From the IMG/VR virus record IMGVR_UViG_3300047274_000273, positions 55,217-119,216 of that record: a stretch of DNA of 64,000 nt, one strand, 5' to 3'. Position 1 is the first letter of the stretch, and each line of letters opens with the position of its first letter. Shown here piece by piece: positions 45,066 to 54,860 of this stretch. The position numbers and the translations under genes were made by a program. A model generated the notes under the pieces. It was given only the letters and a program-made list of their open reading frames with translations. It was not told the DNA's origin and did not search any database. The stretch comes from a virus (Duplodnaviria > Heunggongvirae > Uroviricota > Caudoviricetes).

Positions 45066-46100
45066 ATGCGTATCGAAGACGAAGTCAAGCTAGACTTCCG
45101 TGATGTGCTGATCCGTCCTAAGCGTTCTACGCTGTCAAGTCGCAAAGAAGTAGATCTCAATCGTACTTATAAGTTTAAGCATAGCGGTGCAGAATGGACC
45201 GGTGTTCCAATCATGGCCTCTAACATGGATGGAGTTGGTACACTTTCCATGGCATCAACTTTATACGATCATCGTATGTTTACCTGTTTGGTCAAATCAT
45301 ATGAGGAAGACGATCTCTTCGAAATCACAGGAAAGATTGGTGGAAATTATTTTGCGGTCAGTACCGGCACCAGCGAAAATGATTTTAGAAGATTAAGTCG
45401 GATCATCAATTCTTACCCCGAAATCCATTTTATCTGCATCGATGTGGCCAACGGGTATTCGGAAAGATTCGGAGATTATGTAGCGGATGTTAGAGATGCA
45501 TTTCCGCATTGTACAATTATCGCTGGTAACGTTGTTACCGCAGACATGACACAGGAGTTAATTTTACGTGGCGCGGACATTATTAAAGTGGGTATTGGCC
45601 CTGGTAGCGTTTGTACTACTCGTATCCAAACTGGTGTGGGCTACCCACAGCTTAGTGCTATTATTGAGTGTGCCGATGCCGCTCATGGTCTTGGCGCTCA
45701 TATTATTGCTGATGGTGGATGTGTTTGCCCTGGTGATGTTGCTAAGGCTTTCGGCGCTGGTGCGGACTTTGTGATGCTGGGCGGTATGCTGGCCGGACAT
45801 GATGAAGGTGGTGGTACCATTGTTTCTGAAGACGGATACAATCCTAGGGTAATCTTCTATGGAATGAGTTCAGATACCGCTATGAACAAACATCATGGTG
45901 GTGTCGCGGAATATCGATCATCTGAAGGTAGGACAGTAGAAGTAAAATACAAGGGTTCAGTTAATGGCACAGTGTTAGATCTCCTGGGAGGTTTGAGATC
46001 TGCATGTACCTATGTCGGAGCTCCGACTCTAAAGCAGCTATCTAAGTGTACTACATTTATTAGAGTGAATAGACAAATCAACGATGTGTTTTTAAAATAA
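45066..46100 (+). CDS. guaC: GMP reductase
   Basis: [23 protein letters not shown]...[11 protein letters not shown]...GGMLAG...[12 protein letters not shown]. Near co-linear with E. coli GuaC. Confidence 0.9.
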   Translation: MRIEDEVKLDFRDVLIRPKRSTLSSRKEVDLNRTYKFKHSGAEWTGVPIMASNMDGVGTLSMASTLYDHRMFTCLVKSYEEDDLFEITGKIGGNYFAVSTGTSENDFRRLSRIINSYPEIHFICIDVANGYSERFGDYVADVRDAFPHCTIIAGNVVTADMTQELILRGADIIKVGIGPGSVCTTRIQTGVGYPQLSAIIECADAAHGLGAHIIADGGCVCPGDVAKAFGAGADFVMLGGMLAGHDEGGGTIVSEDGYNPRVIFYGMSSDTAMNKHHGGVAEYRSSEGRTVEVKYKGSVNGTVLDLLGGLRSACTYVGAPTLKQLSKCTTFIRVNRQINDVFLK

Positions 46101-46723
46101 TGCTTGACTTTTATAACAAAAAACAATATAATAATACTATGAACACTGACGTAATGATTGATTTAGAAACACTAGATGTACGACCCTCAGCAACAGTATT
46201 GACTATCGGCGCTGTAAAATTTGATCCTTTTGGTTCTGATATTGAAGAACCCTCAATGGAAAAATTTTATGTTAGAGTCGATGTTGATAGCTGTGATCGA
46301 CTAGGCTGCACAGTTAGCCAATCTACTCTAGATTGGTGGGCCGGCCAAGATAAGGCTGCACAGGACGAAGCATTTGATCCTAATGGTAGGATTGACATTG
46401 TTGATGCAATGAATCAACTTTACAAATTCTGCTGGGGAGCCAAGCGTGTATGGAGTCATGGCGCAGGTTTTGATATTATTATCTGCGAAACATTATTCCA
46501 TAAAATTGGAAAAGCAGTTCCTTGGAGTTTTTGGGAAGTACGAGATACACGTACTTTGTTTGATTTAGGTATCGACTCTCATCGTCCGCCTGTACTAAAG
46601 CATCATGCCCTAGAAGATGCTTGGAACCAGGCTGTGGGAGTTCAAAATGTTTTTAAAATTTTAAGGACATCGAGCTCTAGTCTTAACGGAAAATTGATTA
46701 TGCCCTTGGCTAATCAGAGATAA
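46100..46723 (+). CDS. DEDD-family 3'-5' exonuclease (DnaQ-like)
   Basis: IDLETLD (Exo I) and HGAGFD (Exo III-like). The start could be 46139. Confidence 0.5.
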   Translation: MLDFYNKKQYNNTMNTDVMIDLETLDVRPSATVLTIGAVKFDPFGSDIEEPSMEKFYVRVDVDSCDRLGCTVSQSTLDWWAGQDKAAQDEAFDPNGRIDIVDAMNQLYKFCWGAKRVWSHGAGFDIIICETLFHKIGKAVPWSFWEVRDTRTLFDLGIDSHRPPVLKHHALEDAWNQAVGVQNVFKILRTSSSSLNGKLIMPLANQR

Positions 46724-46755
46724 ATAAAATTTATAAACTGTACCAATATGTGGGC

Positions 46756-46801
46756 AGTTTATAGGGCATAGTGCCCAAATAGATCTTACTTTACAAGGAG
46801 A
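46756..46801 (+). promoter_or_regulatory. conserved heat-shock-type promoter/leader cassette upstream of dnaK
   Basis: AGTTTA-N11-GCCCAAAT-N4-CTTACTTTACAAGGAGA; the same cassette precedes hsp20. Confidence 0.45.
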
Positions 46802-46805
46802 TATT

Positions 46806-48695
46806 ATGTCTAAGATCATCGGTATTGACCTCGGCACCACCAACTCATGCGTGGCTATCGTCGAGAACGGAACTTCCAAAGTTATTGAAAATTCAGAAGG
46901 TGCAAGAACTACACCTAGTATCGTTGCCTATGCTAATGATGAAATCCTCGTAGGCGCATCAGCCAAGCGTCAAGCAGTAACTAATCCTAAAAATACAATC
47001 TATGCGGCCAAGCGACTAATTGGTCGTAAGTTCAAAGAACAGGCTGTACAAAAAGATATCGATCTCATGCCATATGAAATCATGGAAGCCAAGAATGGCG
47101 ATGCATGGGTTAGAGCACAGGGCAAAGAACTAGCCCCTCCACAGATTTCCGCAGAAGTCCTTCGCAAGATGAAGAAGACCGCAGAAGATTATCTTGGTAC
47201 TACAGTTACTCAAGCAGTCATTACTGTTCCTGCGTACTTTAATGATCAACAACGTCAGGCGACCAAAGATGCAGGACAGATCGCAGGATTAGAAGTACTG
47301 CGTATCATCAACGAGCCAACCGCGGCCGCTCTAGCTTACGGTGTTGATAAGGAATCAAAAGGCGATCGCAAGATCGCAGTCTATGACCTAGGTGGTGGTA
47401 CATTTGACGTTTCGATTATTGAAATCGCGAATGTTGATGGTGATAAGCAAATCGAAGTATTGTCTACAAACGGTGACACTTTCCTGGGCGGTGAAGACTT
47501 TGACCAACGTATCATGGACTACTTGGTCGACGAATTCCGTAAAGAGCAGGGAGTGGATCTAACCAAGGACATGTTAGCTTTACAACGACTCAAAGATGCT
47601 GCTGAAAAAGCTAAGATTGAATTATCTAGCAGCACACAAACAGAAGTTAATCTTCCATATATCACAGCAGATGCCAACGGTCCTAAGCACTTAGTAGTCA
47701 AGTTGTCCAAAGCTAAACTAGAAAGCCTAGTTGACGATCTAATCCAACGCTCATTAGAGCCTTGCCGCATCGCTATGAAAGATGCAGGTGTTACTGCCGC
47801 TGACATCGACGAAGTTATTCTTGTTGGCGGTCAGACACGTATGCCTAAGGTACAAGAAGAAGTTGAGAAGTTATTTGGTAAAGCACCACGTAAAGATGTG
47901 AATCCAGACGAAGCAGTGGCTGCGGGCGCTGCTATCCAAGGTGCTGTTCTTGGCGGTGACCGCAATGATGTTCTATTACTAGATGTTACACCATTGAGCC
48001 TAGGTATTGAAACACTGGGCGGTGTAATGGCTAAGATCATCCAGAAGAATACAACTATTCCTACTAAGGGACAACAAACATTTTCTACAGCAGAAGATAA
48101 TCAACCTGCGGTAACTATCAAGGTTTTCCAGGGTGAACGTGAACTCTGTCAGCACAATAAGCTCTTGGGCGAATTTAATCTAGAAGGCATCGCTCCGGCA
48201 CGTCGCGGCCAGCCTCAGATCGAGGTTGCTTTTGATATCGATGCCAATGGTATCATGAATATCAGTGCCAAGGACAAGAGCACAGGTAAAGAAAATAAGA
48301 TCACTATCAAGAGCGACAGCGGTCTGAGCAAAGAACAGATCGAGCAGATGATTCGCGATGCTGAAGCTAATGCAGAAGCAGATAAGAAATCCAGAGAGCT
48401 TATTGAAGCTAAAAATCAAGCAGAGTCTACAGTTCACGAAGTGAAGCGTGATATGGAAGAACTCAAGGATGATCTCAGTGATGCCGAAAAGGCTGAAATT
48501 GAATCTGCGATCGCAGCCGTTCAAGAAGCAGCCAAGACAGACGACACAGACAAGATCAAATCCGAGCTTGAAAAAGTTTATCCGGCAATGAAAACATTGT
48601 TGGAAAAAAAGCAGGCCAAAGAGCAATCACAGGCTCAACCTGCTGGTACAGATGATAATGTAGTCGATGCTACCTTTACGGAGAAAAAAGACTAA
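46806..48695 (+). CDS. dnaK: chaperone DnaK (Hsp70)
   Basis: [21 protein letters not shown], full-length 629 aa with C-terminal lid. Confidence 0.95.
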   Translation: MSKIIGIDLGTTNSCVAIVENGTSKVIENSEGARTTPSIVAYANDEILVGASAKRQAVTNPKNTIYAAKRLIGRKFKEQAVQKDIDLMPYEIMEAKNGDAWVRAQGKELAPPQISAEVLRKMKKTAEDYLGTTVTQAVITVPAYFNDQQRQATKDAGQIAGLEVLRIINEPTAAALAYGVDKESKGDRKIAVYDLGGGTFDVSIIEIANVDGDKQIEVLSTNGDTFLGGEDFDQRIMDYLVDEFRKEQGVDLTKDMLALQRLKDAAEKAKIELSSSTQTEVNLPYITADANGPKHLVVKLSKAKLESLVDDLIQRSLEPCRIAMKDAGVTAADIDEVILVGGQTRMPKVQEEVEKLFGKAPRKDVNPDEAVAAGAAIQGAVLGGDRNDVLLLDVTPLSLGIETLGGVMAKIIQKNTTIPTKGQQTFSTAEDNQPAVTIKVFQGERELCQHNKLLGEFNLEGIAPARRGQPQIEVAFDIDANGIMNISAKDKSTGKENKITIKSDSGLSKEQIEQMIRDAEANAEADKKSRELIEAKNQAESTVHEVKRDMEELKDDLSDAEKAEIESAIAAVQEAAKTDDTDKIKSELEKVYPAMKTLLEKKQAKEQSQAQPAGTDDNVVDATFTEKKD

Positions 48696-48701
48696 TTATC
48701 A

Positions 48702-48750
48702 TGTTTAGGGGTACCTACGGGGCCCTAATTGTTCTTACTTTATAAGGAGA
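48702..48750 (+). promoter_or_regulatory. conserved heat-shock-type promoter/leader cassette upstream of hsp20
   Basis: TGTTTA-N14-GCCCTAAT-N4-CTTACTTTATAAGGAGA. Confidence 0.45.
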
Positions 48751-48755
48751 CTATT

Positions 48756-49190
48756 ATGAACAATCAACTCGCAAGACTAGATGCTCTGAACAGAGCTCTT
48801 ATTGGTTTCGACACCATGTTCGACCAAATGGAACGCCGTTTCGCTAACAGCGTTAATAATAACTATCCCCCACACAACATCCTACGTTTGGCTGACAATG
48901 AATATGCCATTCAACTGGCTGTCACGGGCTTTGATAAAAGCGAAATTTCAGTGACTATTGAAAACAACGTTCTAGTTGTCAAGGGTGAAAGCATGACCAC
49001 TGATTATGCTGCTGAACAATATCTACACCGTGGACTAGCTACCCGAGACTTTGTCAAGGAATTTTCTCTTGCAGAGCACATCGAAGTAGCAGGCGCAGAA
49101 ACTAAGAACGGTATGCTAACCATTAAGTTGATTAGAAACATTCCAGAATCTGCCAAACCGCGTGTCGTTGATATCGTAGAGGTTAAGTAA
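48756..49190 (+). CDS. small heat-shock protein (Hsp20/IbpA family)
   Basis: Alpha-crystallin domain (YAIQLAVTGFDKSEISV...LLVVKGE). Start moved to 48756 to sit behind the SD. Confidence 0.8.
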   Translation: MNNQLARLDALNRALIGFDTMFDQMERRFANSVNNNYPPHNILRLADNEYAIQLAVTGFDKSEISVTIENNVLVVKGESMTTDYAAEQYLHRGLATRDFVKEFSLAEHIEVAGAETKNGMLTIKLIRNIPESAKPRVVDIVEVK

Positions 49191-49194
49191 ATAT

Positions 49195-49216
49195 ATATGG
49201 GGGCAAAGCCCCCATA
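49195..49216 (+). terminator. GC-rich hairpin between hsp20 and clpS (possible attenuator or weak terminator)
   Basis: atgggggc-aaa-gcccccat, but with a poor U-tract. Confidence 0.35.
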
Positions 49217-49233
49217 TCATCGAAGGAGAACTT

Positions 49234-49536
49234 ATGAGCACTGAAATCCAATTTGATGAAAAGGTAAAGGTTGGTCTTCAACCGCCTAAGATGTGGAAGG
49301 TCATTTTTCTTAATGACGATCACACTCCCATGGAATTTGTCATGGAATTGCTAACTTCTATTTTCAGACACAGTGAAGAAGAAGCTAGGACGATAACTCT
49401 AGAAATCCACAATTCGGGCAGCGCAGTTGTTGGAGTTTATACTCACGAGATTGCTGAGCAGCGAGGTCTTGAATCTACACAATTAGCTAGAAGTAATGGA
49501 TTTCCGTTGAGAATCACTCTTGAACAAGAGCAATGA
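49234..49536 (+). CDS. clpS: ATP-dependent Clp protease adaptor ClpS
   Basis: PKMWKVIFLNDDHTPMEFVMELL...AEQ aligns with ClpS (P.MYKV.L.NDD.TPM.FV). Confidence 0.85.
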   Translation: MSTEIQFDEKVKVGLQPPKMWKVIFLNDDHTPMEFVMELLTSIFRHSEEEARTITLEIHNSGSAVVGVYTHEIAEQRGLESTQLARSNGFPLRITLEQEQ

Positions 49537-49793
49537 CCTTTGACGATGTAAAACTTATTAAACATCAAAGCACAGGCGCAAGAAAATTTGGTTACTGGGT
49601 TCATTTTAGAGACCAACGCCCGCATCATCTATCTGTGGGTGTAGCCGGAAAAAAATCAATCAGAAAATTTTTAGAGACAAGCCTTGGTCCTATGGGACAA
49701 AAATGGCAGTATGAAAAGTTCAATCAATTTGATTATTTTATCAAATTAGACAACGAAAAAGATCTCTTATTTCTCATCCTCAAGTTTAAGTGA
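49533..49793 (+). CDS. hypothetical protein
   Basis: ATGA overlap with the upstream gene. Confidence 0.35.
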   Translation: MTFDDVKLIKHQSTGARKFGYWVHFRDQRPHHLSVGVAGKKSIRKFLETSLGPMGQKWQYEKFNQFDYFIKLDNEKDLLFLILKFK

Positions 49794-49809
49794 TAGTAAA
49801 TAACTCACT

Positions 49810-50367
49810 ATGAATCTAAAAGAACTCACTCACGAACAACACAGAAGGGCCGAAACTCGTCCTTTTGTCAAGGTACTATTTTCAGGTAATGTAAATCCTA
49901 AGATTTATGCGACCTATCTAAAAAATCAGCATCCTATGTACGAAATCTTAGAAGTCTGTGCCATGCCGCATGGACTACTAAATGGACTATCCGAAATACG
50001 CAGAGCACCGGCGATACTCGAGGATTTCTCCGAACTATGGGGAGATTCAGATGAAAAGCCATATATGTGTCCTGTAGTAGATGATTATATCAAATACATT
50101 CTCGGTATCAAGGATAACCCAGAAAAATTAATGGCACATATCTATGTTCGTCATATGGGAGATCTCAGCGGCGGACAGATGATAGCTAAACGTGTTCCCG
50201 GTACCGGTAAGTATTATCAATTCGGCGATTCTCCGGAAAAGATCAAAGAAGCTATCAGATCAAAACTAGATGATAGTATGGCTGAAGAAGCCAAAGTCTG
50301 CTTTGATTTTGCCGCTAGATTTTTCGACGAAATGATGGAAGTGGTAAAATTATATGACACAGAGTAA
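49810..50367 (+). CDS. heme oxygenase
   Basis: LKELTHEQHRRAETRPFVK...NPKIYATYL: the heme-oxygenase N-terminal proximal helix with conserved His. Confidence 0.7.
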   Translation: MNLKELTHEQHRRAETRPFVKVLFSGNVNPKIYATYLKNQHPMYEILEVCAMPHGLLNGLSEIRRAPAILEDFSELWGDSDEKPYMCPVVDDYIKYILGIKDNPEKLMAHIYVRHMGDLSGGQMIAKRVPGTGKYYQFGDSPEKIKEAIRSKLDDSMAEEAKVCFDFAARFFDEMMEVVKLYDTE

Positions 50368-51040
50368 GGTCTGGGATACACTGATAGAAATACAAACTCT
50401 ATTAGAAGATTCTTTTAACCGCACAGGTAAAGAAGTATTCGAGCCAGGAATGGATCGTTTCAATCAGCCGGGTTGGGTAAATCGTGTCTGGACCAGTGAC
50501 AGTTATCGTAGAGCTCATATCGATGTAGTCGATGCCCGATCCACAAAGGGCCTTTGGATGATGCACTGCTGTATCTTCCCACATATCCATAACCCGGCAC
50601 CCATATTTGGTTTTGATGTTATCGCAGGTAAGAACAAAATCACAGGTTGTTTTCATGATTTTAGTCCCGCAGGTGATAGCGAGCATCACCTAATCGATTG
50701 GTTCGCAGATGAAGCCAGTAGATTAGAGTGGAATAAAACCCGTAAACTTCCCGAGTGGGCGGAGCGTATTTTTACAGGTAGTATGATAGCTGCCGGTAAT
50801 GTACAAGATGAAGCTGAACTAGAACAGCTCACAGATCTTGTAAAATTAACCACTAAAGTCTATCTACAGCACGTGGGCGATACGAATCATACTGCAAAGA
50901 ATACTACCTTTAATCAAAATTTCTACGCCCAAAATCAAAAAATGAATCCTCATACTCCTAAAGTAATGGCTAGCCTAGGCCTGAACGAAGAGGATGTACA
51001 GGTGTTTATACAGGATTGTCTGTTCCCAGAGATCCGATAA
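50354..51040 (+). CDS. ferredoxin-dependent bilin reductase (PcyA/PebS/PcyX family)
   Basis: FDBR family layout with central GFDVIAG and conserved His/Asp positions (HIDVVDA, HDFSPAGD). Overlaps the ho gene by 14 nt. Confidence 0.7.
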   Translation: MTQSKVWDTLIEIQTLLEDSFNRTGKEVFEPGMDRFNQPGWVNRVWTSDSYRRAHIDVVDARSTKGLWMMHCCIFPHIHNPAPIFGFDVIAGKNKITGCFHDFSPAGDSEHHLIDWFADEASRLEWNKTRKLPEWAERIFTGSMIAAGNVQDEAELEQLTDLVKLTTKVYLQHVGDTNHTAKNTTFNQNFYAQNQKMNPHTPKVMASLGLNEEDVQVFIQDCLFPEIR

Positions 51041-51050
51041 ATACTCTGTT

Positions 51051-52427
51051 ATGAGATTTTTTGAATTTAATCTACACGAGTCATCTAGAGGAATCCTATT
51101 TCGTACAGTAGGAGATCCCTTTAAATCCACTGCGGACCCTAATAAAACACTGACCTATGCAGGATCGCAGACATTTCCCGCCCCAGTTCCGGGCCAAGGT
51201 GCAGCTCAATTTCCCGATCCTGAAACATTTAATCAAGAAGTCGCTGCTGCTGAAAAAAAGTTTCCGGGGATCACATGGACTAATAAATCAAATGCTTCGA
51301 TGCGAGCATTTGCTGTGGTTACCTTAGACGATCCTGTCGCAAAGAAGAAGGTACATTTTGGTAGATTTTTCAAAGAAATATCACCGGACATGGCAGGTAA
51401 ATGGAAAAATGACGGTATACCCGGATATAGTCTAGAAATTAAATCTTCAAAGAAATCTAGATCGGGTCTTAAGCCCAACGATCTAATTCCATTAGGGCAG
51501 CAATTTCCAAACCCACAGGCACTTATAGAAGCTCTAAAACCAGATTTAGATCCTGCTATCAAAGCAGGATTGACAATGATAGTTGAAAAGAAACTACCAG
51601 TGTTTAATGTTGATGCTAGCATGGAAGCAGCTATTAGAGATGACCTAGGGGAAATAATCGCTCCCATGGCACTATGGCAAGGCATGATATCTGCAGAAGC
51701 AGAGTCAGCTAGAAAGTTTTTGTTGAAAACAACACCATGGAGTGCCTGTGCTATAACATTTTCATCAACTAAGAATGCAGGCTTGATTGATAGCTATGTT
51801 AAACCTCCAAAAGGCGTAGCTGTTGGTATTTCTAGTAAGGGTGCAGAAGGAGCTAAGGCATCTGCATCGAACATATGGGCAGGTGTTGAATTGCTACGTT
51901 CTACAGGACAACAAGATGTTGTCGATCAATACCCAGAAGCTGTTCATGTATTAGAAATGATCAAGCGAGAATCTCAATACCGAGGACCTATGGTACTAGG
52001 TACAGAATATGGTTTTCTTACTGGTCAAGACGAAACATTGATCAACCAGGCAATCAAGCAGGGAATGCAAAAACTACCTCCAGGACCAGAATGGGAAAAC
52101 ATAGGTGCATTAATGAAAAAATTTGCTCCTAGAGACATGTCTAAATCTAACTATAACATAGGGTATCATGCTCTTGCCGGATTGGCAAAAATGGTACAAG
52201 AAAAAGTCAACAGTAGTGTTCCAAAGTTTAGTGAAGCGTGTATAACATTCCTAAATAGTTCTCCATTATTACAGATACATCTGTATACCAAAGCATCCGG
52301 TAATACTGTTTCAGTAACCGGTTTCAAAACAATATGGCCTCCACAGTTCAAAGGATCCGTATCTCTCAATGCCGGCAAGAGTTATTATGCTACCGGTGTC
52401 ATAAACAAGTTCGCGTTTAGTTGGTAG
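51051..52427 (+). CDS. hypothetical protein with MRFFEF N-terminus
   Basis: Start chosen at ATGAGATTTTTTGAATTT, identical to the start of the ORF at 21901. Confidence 0.4.
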   Translation: MRFFEFNLHESSRGILFRTVGDPFKSTADPNKTLTYAGSQTFPAPVPGQGAAQFPDPETFNQEVAAAEKKFPGITWTNKSNASMRAFAVVTLDDPVAKKKVHFGRFFKEISPDMAGKWKNDGIPGYSLEIKSSKKSRSGLKPNDLIPLGQQFPNPQALIEALKPDLDPAIKAGLTMIVEKKLPVFNVDASMEAAIRDDLGEIIAPMALWQGMISAEAESARKFLLKTTPWSACAITFSSTKNAGLIDSYVKPPKGVAVGISSKGAEGAKASASNIWAGVELLRSTGQQDVVDQYPEAVHVLEMIKRESQYRGPMVLGTEYGFLTGQDETLINQAIKQGMQKLPPGPEWENIGALMKKFAPRDMSKSNYNIGYHALAGLAKMVQEKVNSSVPKFSEACITFLNSSPLLQIHLYTKASGNTVSVTGFKTIWPPQFKGSVSLNAGKSYYATGVINKFAFSW

Positions 52428-52497
52428 TCTATATCTAGTGTTATAATTTTTTCAACCCGCTCAGTAAATACTAATACCGTTTACCGGGAGCGAAAAG

Positions 52498-52953
52498 ATG
52501 AAAAAATTGATAGCTGTGGCCATGGTTGCCTCTATGGCCGTTTCTGCACACGGAGCAGAAATAGTACATCAGTTCAATAGCCCTTCTTTTTCTGGAATAG
52601 GCTTCTCTAGTCATACGTTGACAATCTATTCCCAGGAACTAAGTAGAAAATTAGCTATTGCCGCTGAAAAAAAGGCAGAAGAGTTAAAAGCAGAGCAAGA
52701 TGCTAAAAATACCACACAGGCCAAGTTTATTGCGAACTTAGAAAGTAGGGTATACAACGAACTTGCACGTCAAATCACAGAAAAACTGTTCGAAGGAACA
52801 GGCACACAAGTCACTGGAACCTTCGCGTTCAACGGTGGCACCATTCGTTATACAAAAACAGGTAACGAAATAACCATAACAATAACAGGTGCAGACGGAA
52901 GTGTAACTACCATGACTGTGCCAGTAGGAGACTTCGGATGGCTAGCACCTTAA
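52498..52953 (+). CDS. csgF: CsgF-like curli assembly protein
   Basis: Signal peptide; mature N-terminus IVHQFNSPSFSG versus E. coli CsgF TMTFQFRNPNFGG; similar length. Confidence 0.55.
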   Translation: MKKLIAVAMVASMAVSAHGAEIVHQFNSPSFSGIGFSSHTLTIYSQELSRKLAIAAEKKAEELKAEQDAKNTTQAKFIANLESRVYNELARQITEKLFEGTGTQVTGTFAFNGGTIRYTKTGNEITITITGADGSVTTMTVPVGDFGWLAP

Positions 52954-54149
52954 TGAAACTTACACCGATAGCACTGGCTATCACACTAACTGGCTGTGGA
53001 ACAATAGGCAATGCTGTCCGATCATTTGACGAGCCTACTGTAACTAAACCTACACTAAAAGTAGAATCAACCTTAAAAGAACCGGCTGCTGGGGCTATCG
53101 CCATAGCTGTCTACAACTTCCGTGATATGACTGGCCAGCGTAAGGCCAGCCAAAACATTGCCAGCCTTAGTTCGGCTGTAACACAAGGTGCAGATGCTTA
53201 CCTTGTTAAGAGCCTACAAGAAGTAGGTGGCGGTCGTTGGTTCAAAGTATTAGAAAGAGGTGGATTAGATAATCTGGTCAAAGAACGTCAGCTTATCCGT
53301 CAAATGCGCGAACTGTATCAAGGTAAAGATGCACAGCCTTTACCTCCTATGCTGTTCGCTGGAATCATATTAGAAGGCGGTATTATCGGCTATGATTCTA
53401 ACACAATGAGCGGCGGATCCGGTGCTAGATTCCTAGGCATTGGCGCTTCTACAGAATATCGACAGGACGAAGTTACTATCAGCCTACGAGCAGTTTCAGT
53501 AGCCACTGGAGAAGTTCTAGTGACTGTGAACACAAACAAAAAAGTCTACAGTTTTCAAGACAAGCTAGGAGTTTTGCGTTTTGTAGATGCCGGAACACAA
53601 GCACTGGAGTTAGAAACAGGTTCTGCTACTAACGAATCTATGAACAAAGCGGTACAATTAGCCATACATGCTGCGGTCATAGAACTTATTAACTCTGGAG
53701 CAGGAAAAGGTCATTGGGCATTTAAATCCGATGTTGCTGCGGCACCTCAGCCAAGACCAGAACCTGTGGTTGTAAAAGAGGAGGAGGTAAAGAAAGATGA
53801 GTTGGTTCAAAAGGACTCCGCACCTAAAGAAGAAAAAATTGAAGCACCTGCGACACCCGCAGTACCACAACCCGATGACAGAAAAACTGTTACAGAAGAG
53901 CCAGCAAGAACAGAATCAAAAAACACAGACACAAACACAGTAATAACCGTGCAGCCTAAAGTTACTTTAGGAAATGTCACAGATTGGGTAAACGTAAGAA
54001 AAGAACGCGATATAAACAGCGAAAAGTTAGCCAATCTTAGGCCTGGAACGCAAGTAGAAGTACTTGATACTAAAGGCGATCACTACGTTGTTAGAGTCAA
54101 CGGAAAGGAAGGTTATGTAGTAAGAAAATTTATTAAGGTACAAAAATAA
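52938..54149 (+). CDS. csgG: CsgG-like curli secretion channel lipoprotein with C-terminal SH3b domain
   Basis: Lipobox LTGCG. IAVYNFRDMTGQ, LERGGLDNLVKERQLIR, GGIIGYDSNTMSGGSGARFLGIGAS and ISLRAVSVATGEVL align with E. coli CsgG. C-terminal VNVRKERD...GTQVEVL...YVVR is SH3_3-like. Confidence 0.8.
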   Translation: MASTLMKLTPIALAITLTGCGTIGNAVRSFDEPTVTKPTLKVESTLKEPAAGAIAIAVYNFRDMTGQRKASQNIASLSSAVTQGADAYLVKSLQEVGGGRWFKVLERGGLDNLVKERQLIRQMRELYQGKDAQPLPPMLFAGIILEGGIIGYDSNTMSGGSGARFLGIGASTEYRQDEVTISLRAVSVATGEVLVTVNTNKKVYSFQDKLGVLRFVDAGTQALELETGSATNESMNKAVQLAIHAAVIELINSGAGKGHWAFKSDVAAAPQPRPEPVVVKEEEVKKDELVQKDSAPKEEKIEAPATPAVPQPDDRKTVTEEPARTESKNTDTNTVITVQPKVTLGNVTDWVNVRKERDINSEKLANLRPGTQVEVLDTKGDHYVVRVNGKEGYVVRKFIKVQK

Positions 54150-54176
54150 CAATAACAGTACCACGGAGCGAAGAAA

Positions 54177-54860
54177 ATGATCAAAAATAATTATAAAATG
54201 GCTTTCATTATGGCGGCCATATTTGCCGGTTCAGGATCAGTTCAGGCAAACAACGGAGTCTATATTGAACAAGTAGGTTCCACAAACACAGTTACTATCA
54301 CTCAAATAGGCGCTAATAATAGAGTGGGTAACAGCGGTTTAAATCAACAGAGTAAAATTACAGGCAGCAACAACACATTGACTGCTAGCCAAACAGGCGA
54401 CGGAAATATCATAGACTACACAGTAATAGGCAGCGGCAACACTATTACTAAAACTGTAGCAGGAGATACCAATCAAATCACCTTTATCTGCGGCGATGGA
54501 ACAACCAGCTGTAGTAATGTGACCAGCACCATGACACTCACTGGTAATCAAAATACTGTTACTAGTACGATCAAAGGTTCTTCGATCACTAACATGTTGT
54601 CTATCACCGGTGACAGCAATACTGTAACACAGACTATCACTACCAACAATAGCACTAGTTCTATTACTATCCTAGGCGACAGTAATACCTTTACTAGTTC
54701 GATGACTGGTGCCAGCGCAGGCGCAGGACATCATTTGCTGGCGTCTGTTACAGGTACCAGCAATACCCATACTATTACACAGAGCGGTACCGTGAATACC
54801 ACGGTTAATGTTACCACCAATGGTAACAGCAATAATGTAACTGTAAGTACTGGAAACTAA
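54177..54860 (+). CDS. curlin-repeat protein (CsgA/CsgB-like amyloid subunit candidate)
   Basis: Signal peptide, then repeats of T-x-T-Q-x-G-x-x-N type (VTITQIGANN, LTASQTGDGN, HTITQSGTVN). Confidence 0.55.
   Translation: MIKNNYKMAFIMAAIFAGSGSVQANNGVYIEQVGSTNTVTITQIGANNRVGNSGLNQQSKITGSNNTLTASQTGDGNIIDYTVIGSGNTITKTVAGDTNQITFICGDGTTSCSNVTSTMTLTGNQNTVTSTIKGSSITNMLSITGDSNTVTQTITTNNSTSSITILGDSNTFTSSMTGASAGAGHHLLASVTGTSNTHTITQSGTVNTTVNVTTNGNSNNVTVSTGN

Noticed and set aside
46741-46780. CIRCE/HrcA operator upstream of dnaK
   Set aside because: Searched for TTAGCACTC-N9-GAGTGCTAA-like repeats; only an unrelated ATAAACTG...CAGTTTAT inverted repeat is present.
48729-48755. Upstream Met start of the hsp20 ORF
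   Set aside because: It lies inside the conserved leader and SD; ATG 48756 sits 7 nt after AAGGAGA.
50994-51050. Track start MYRCLYRIV... for the ORF 50994..52427
   Set aside because: Overlaps the FDBR gene end; the conserved ATGAGATTTTTTGAATTT start at 51051 matches two other genes.
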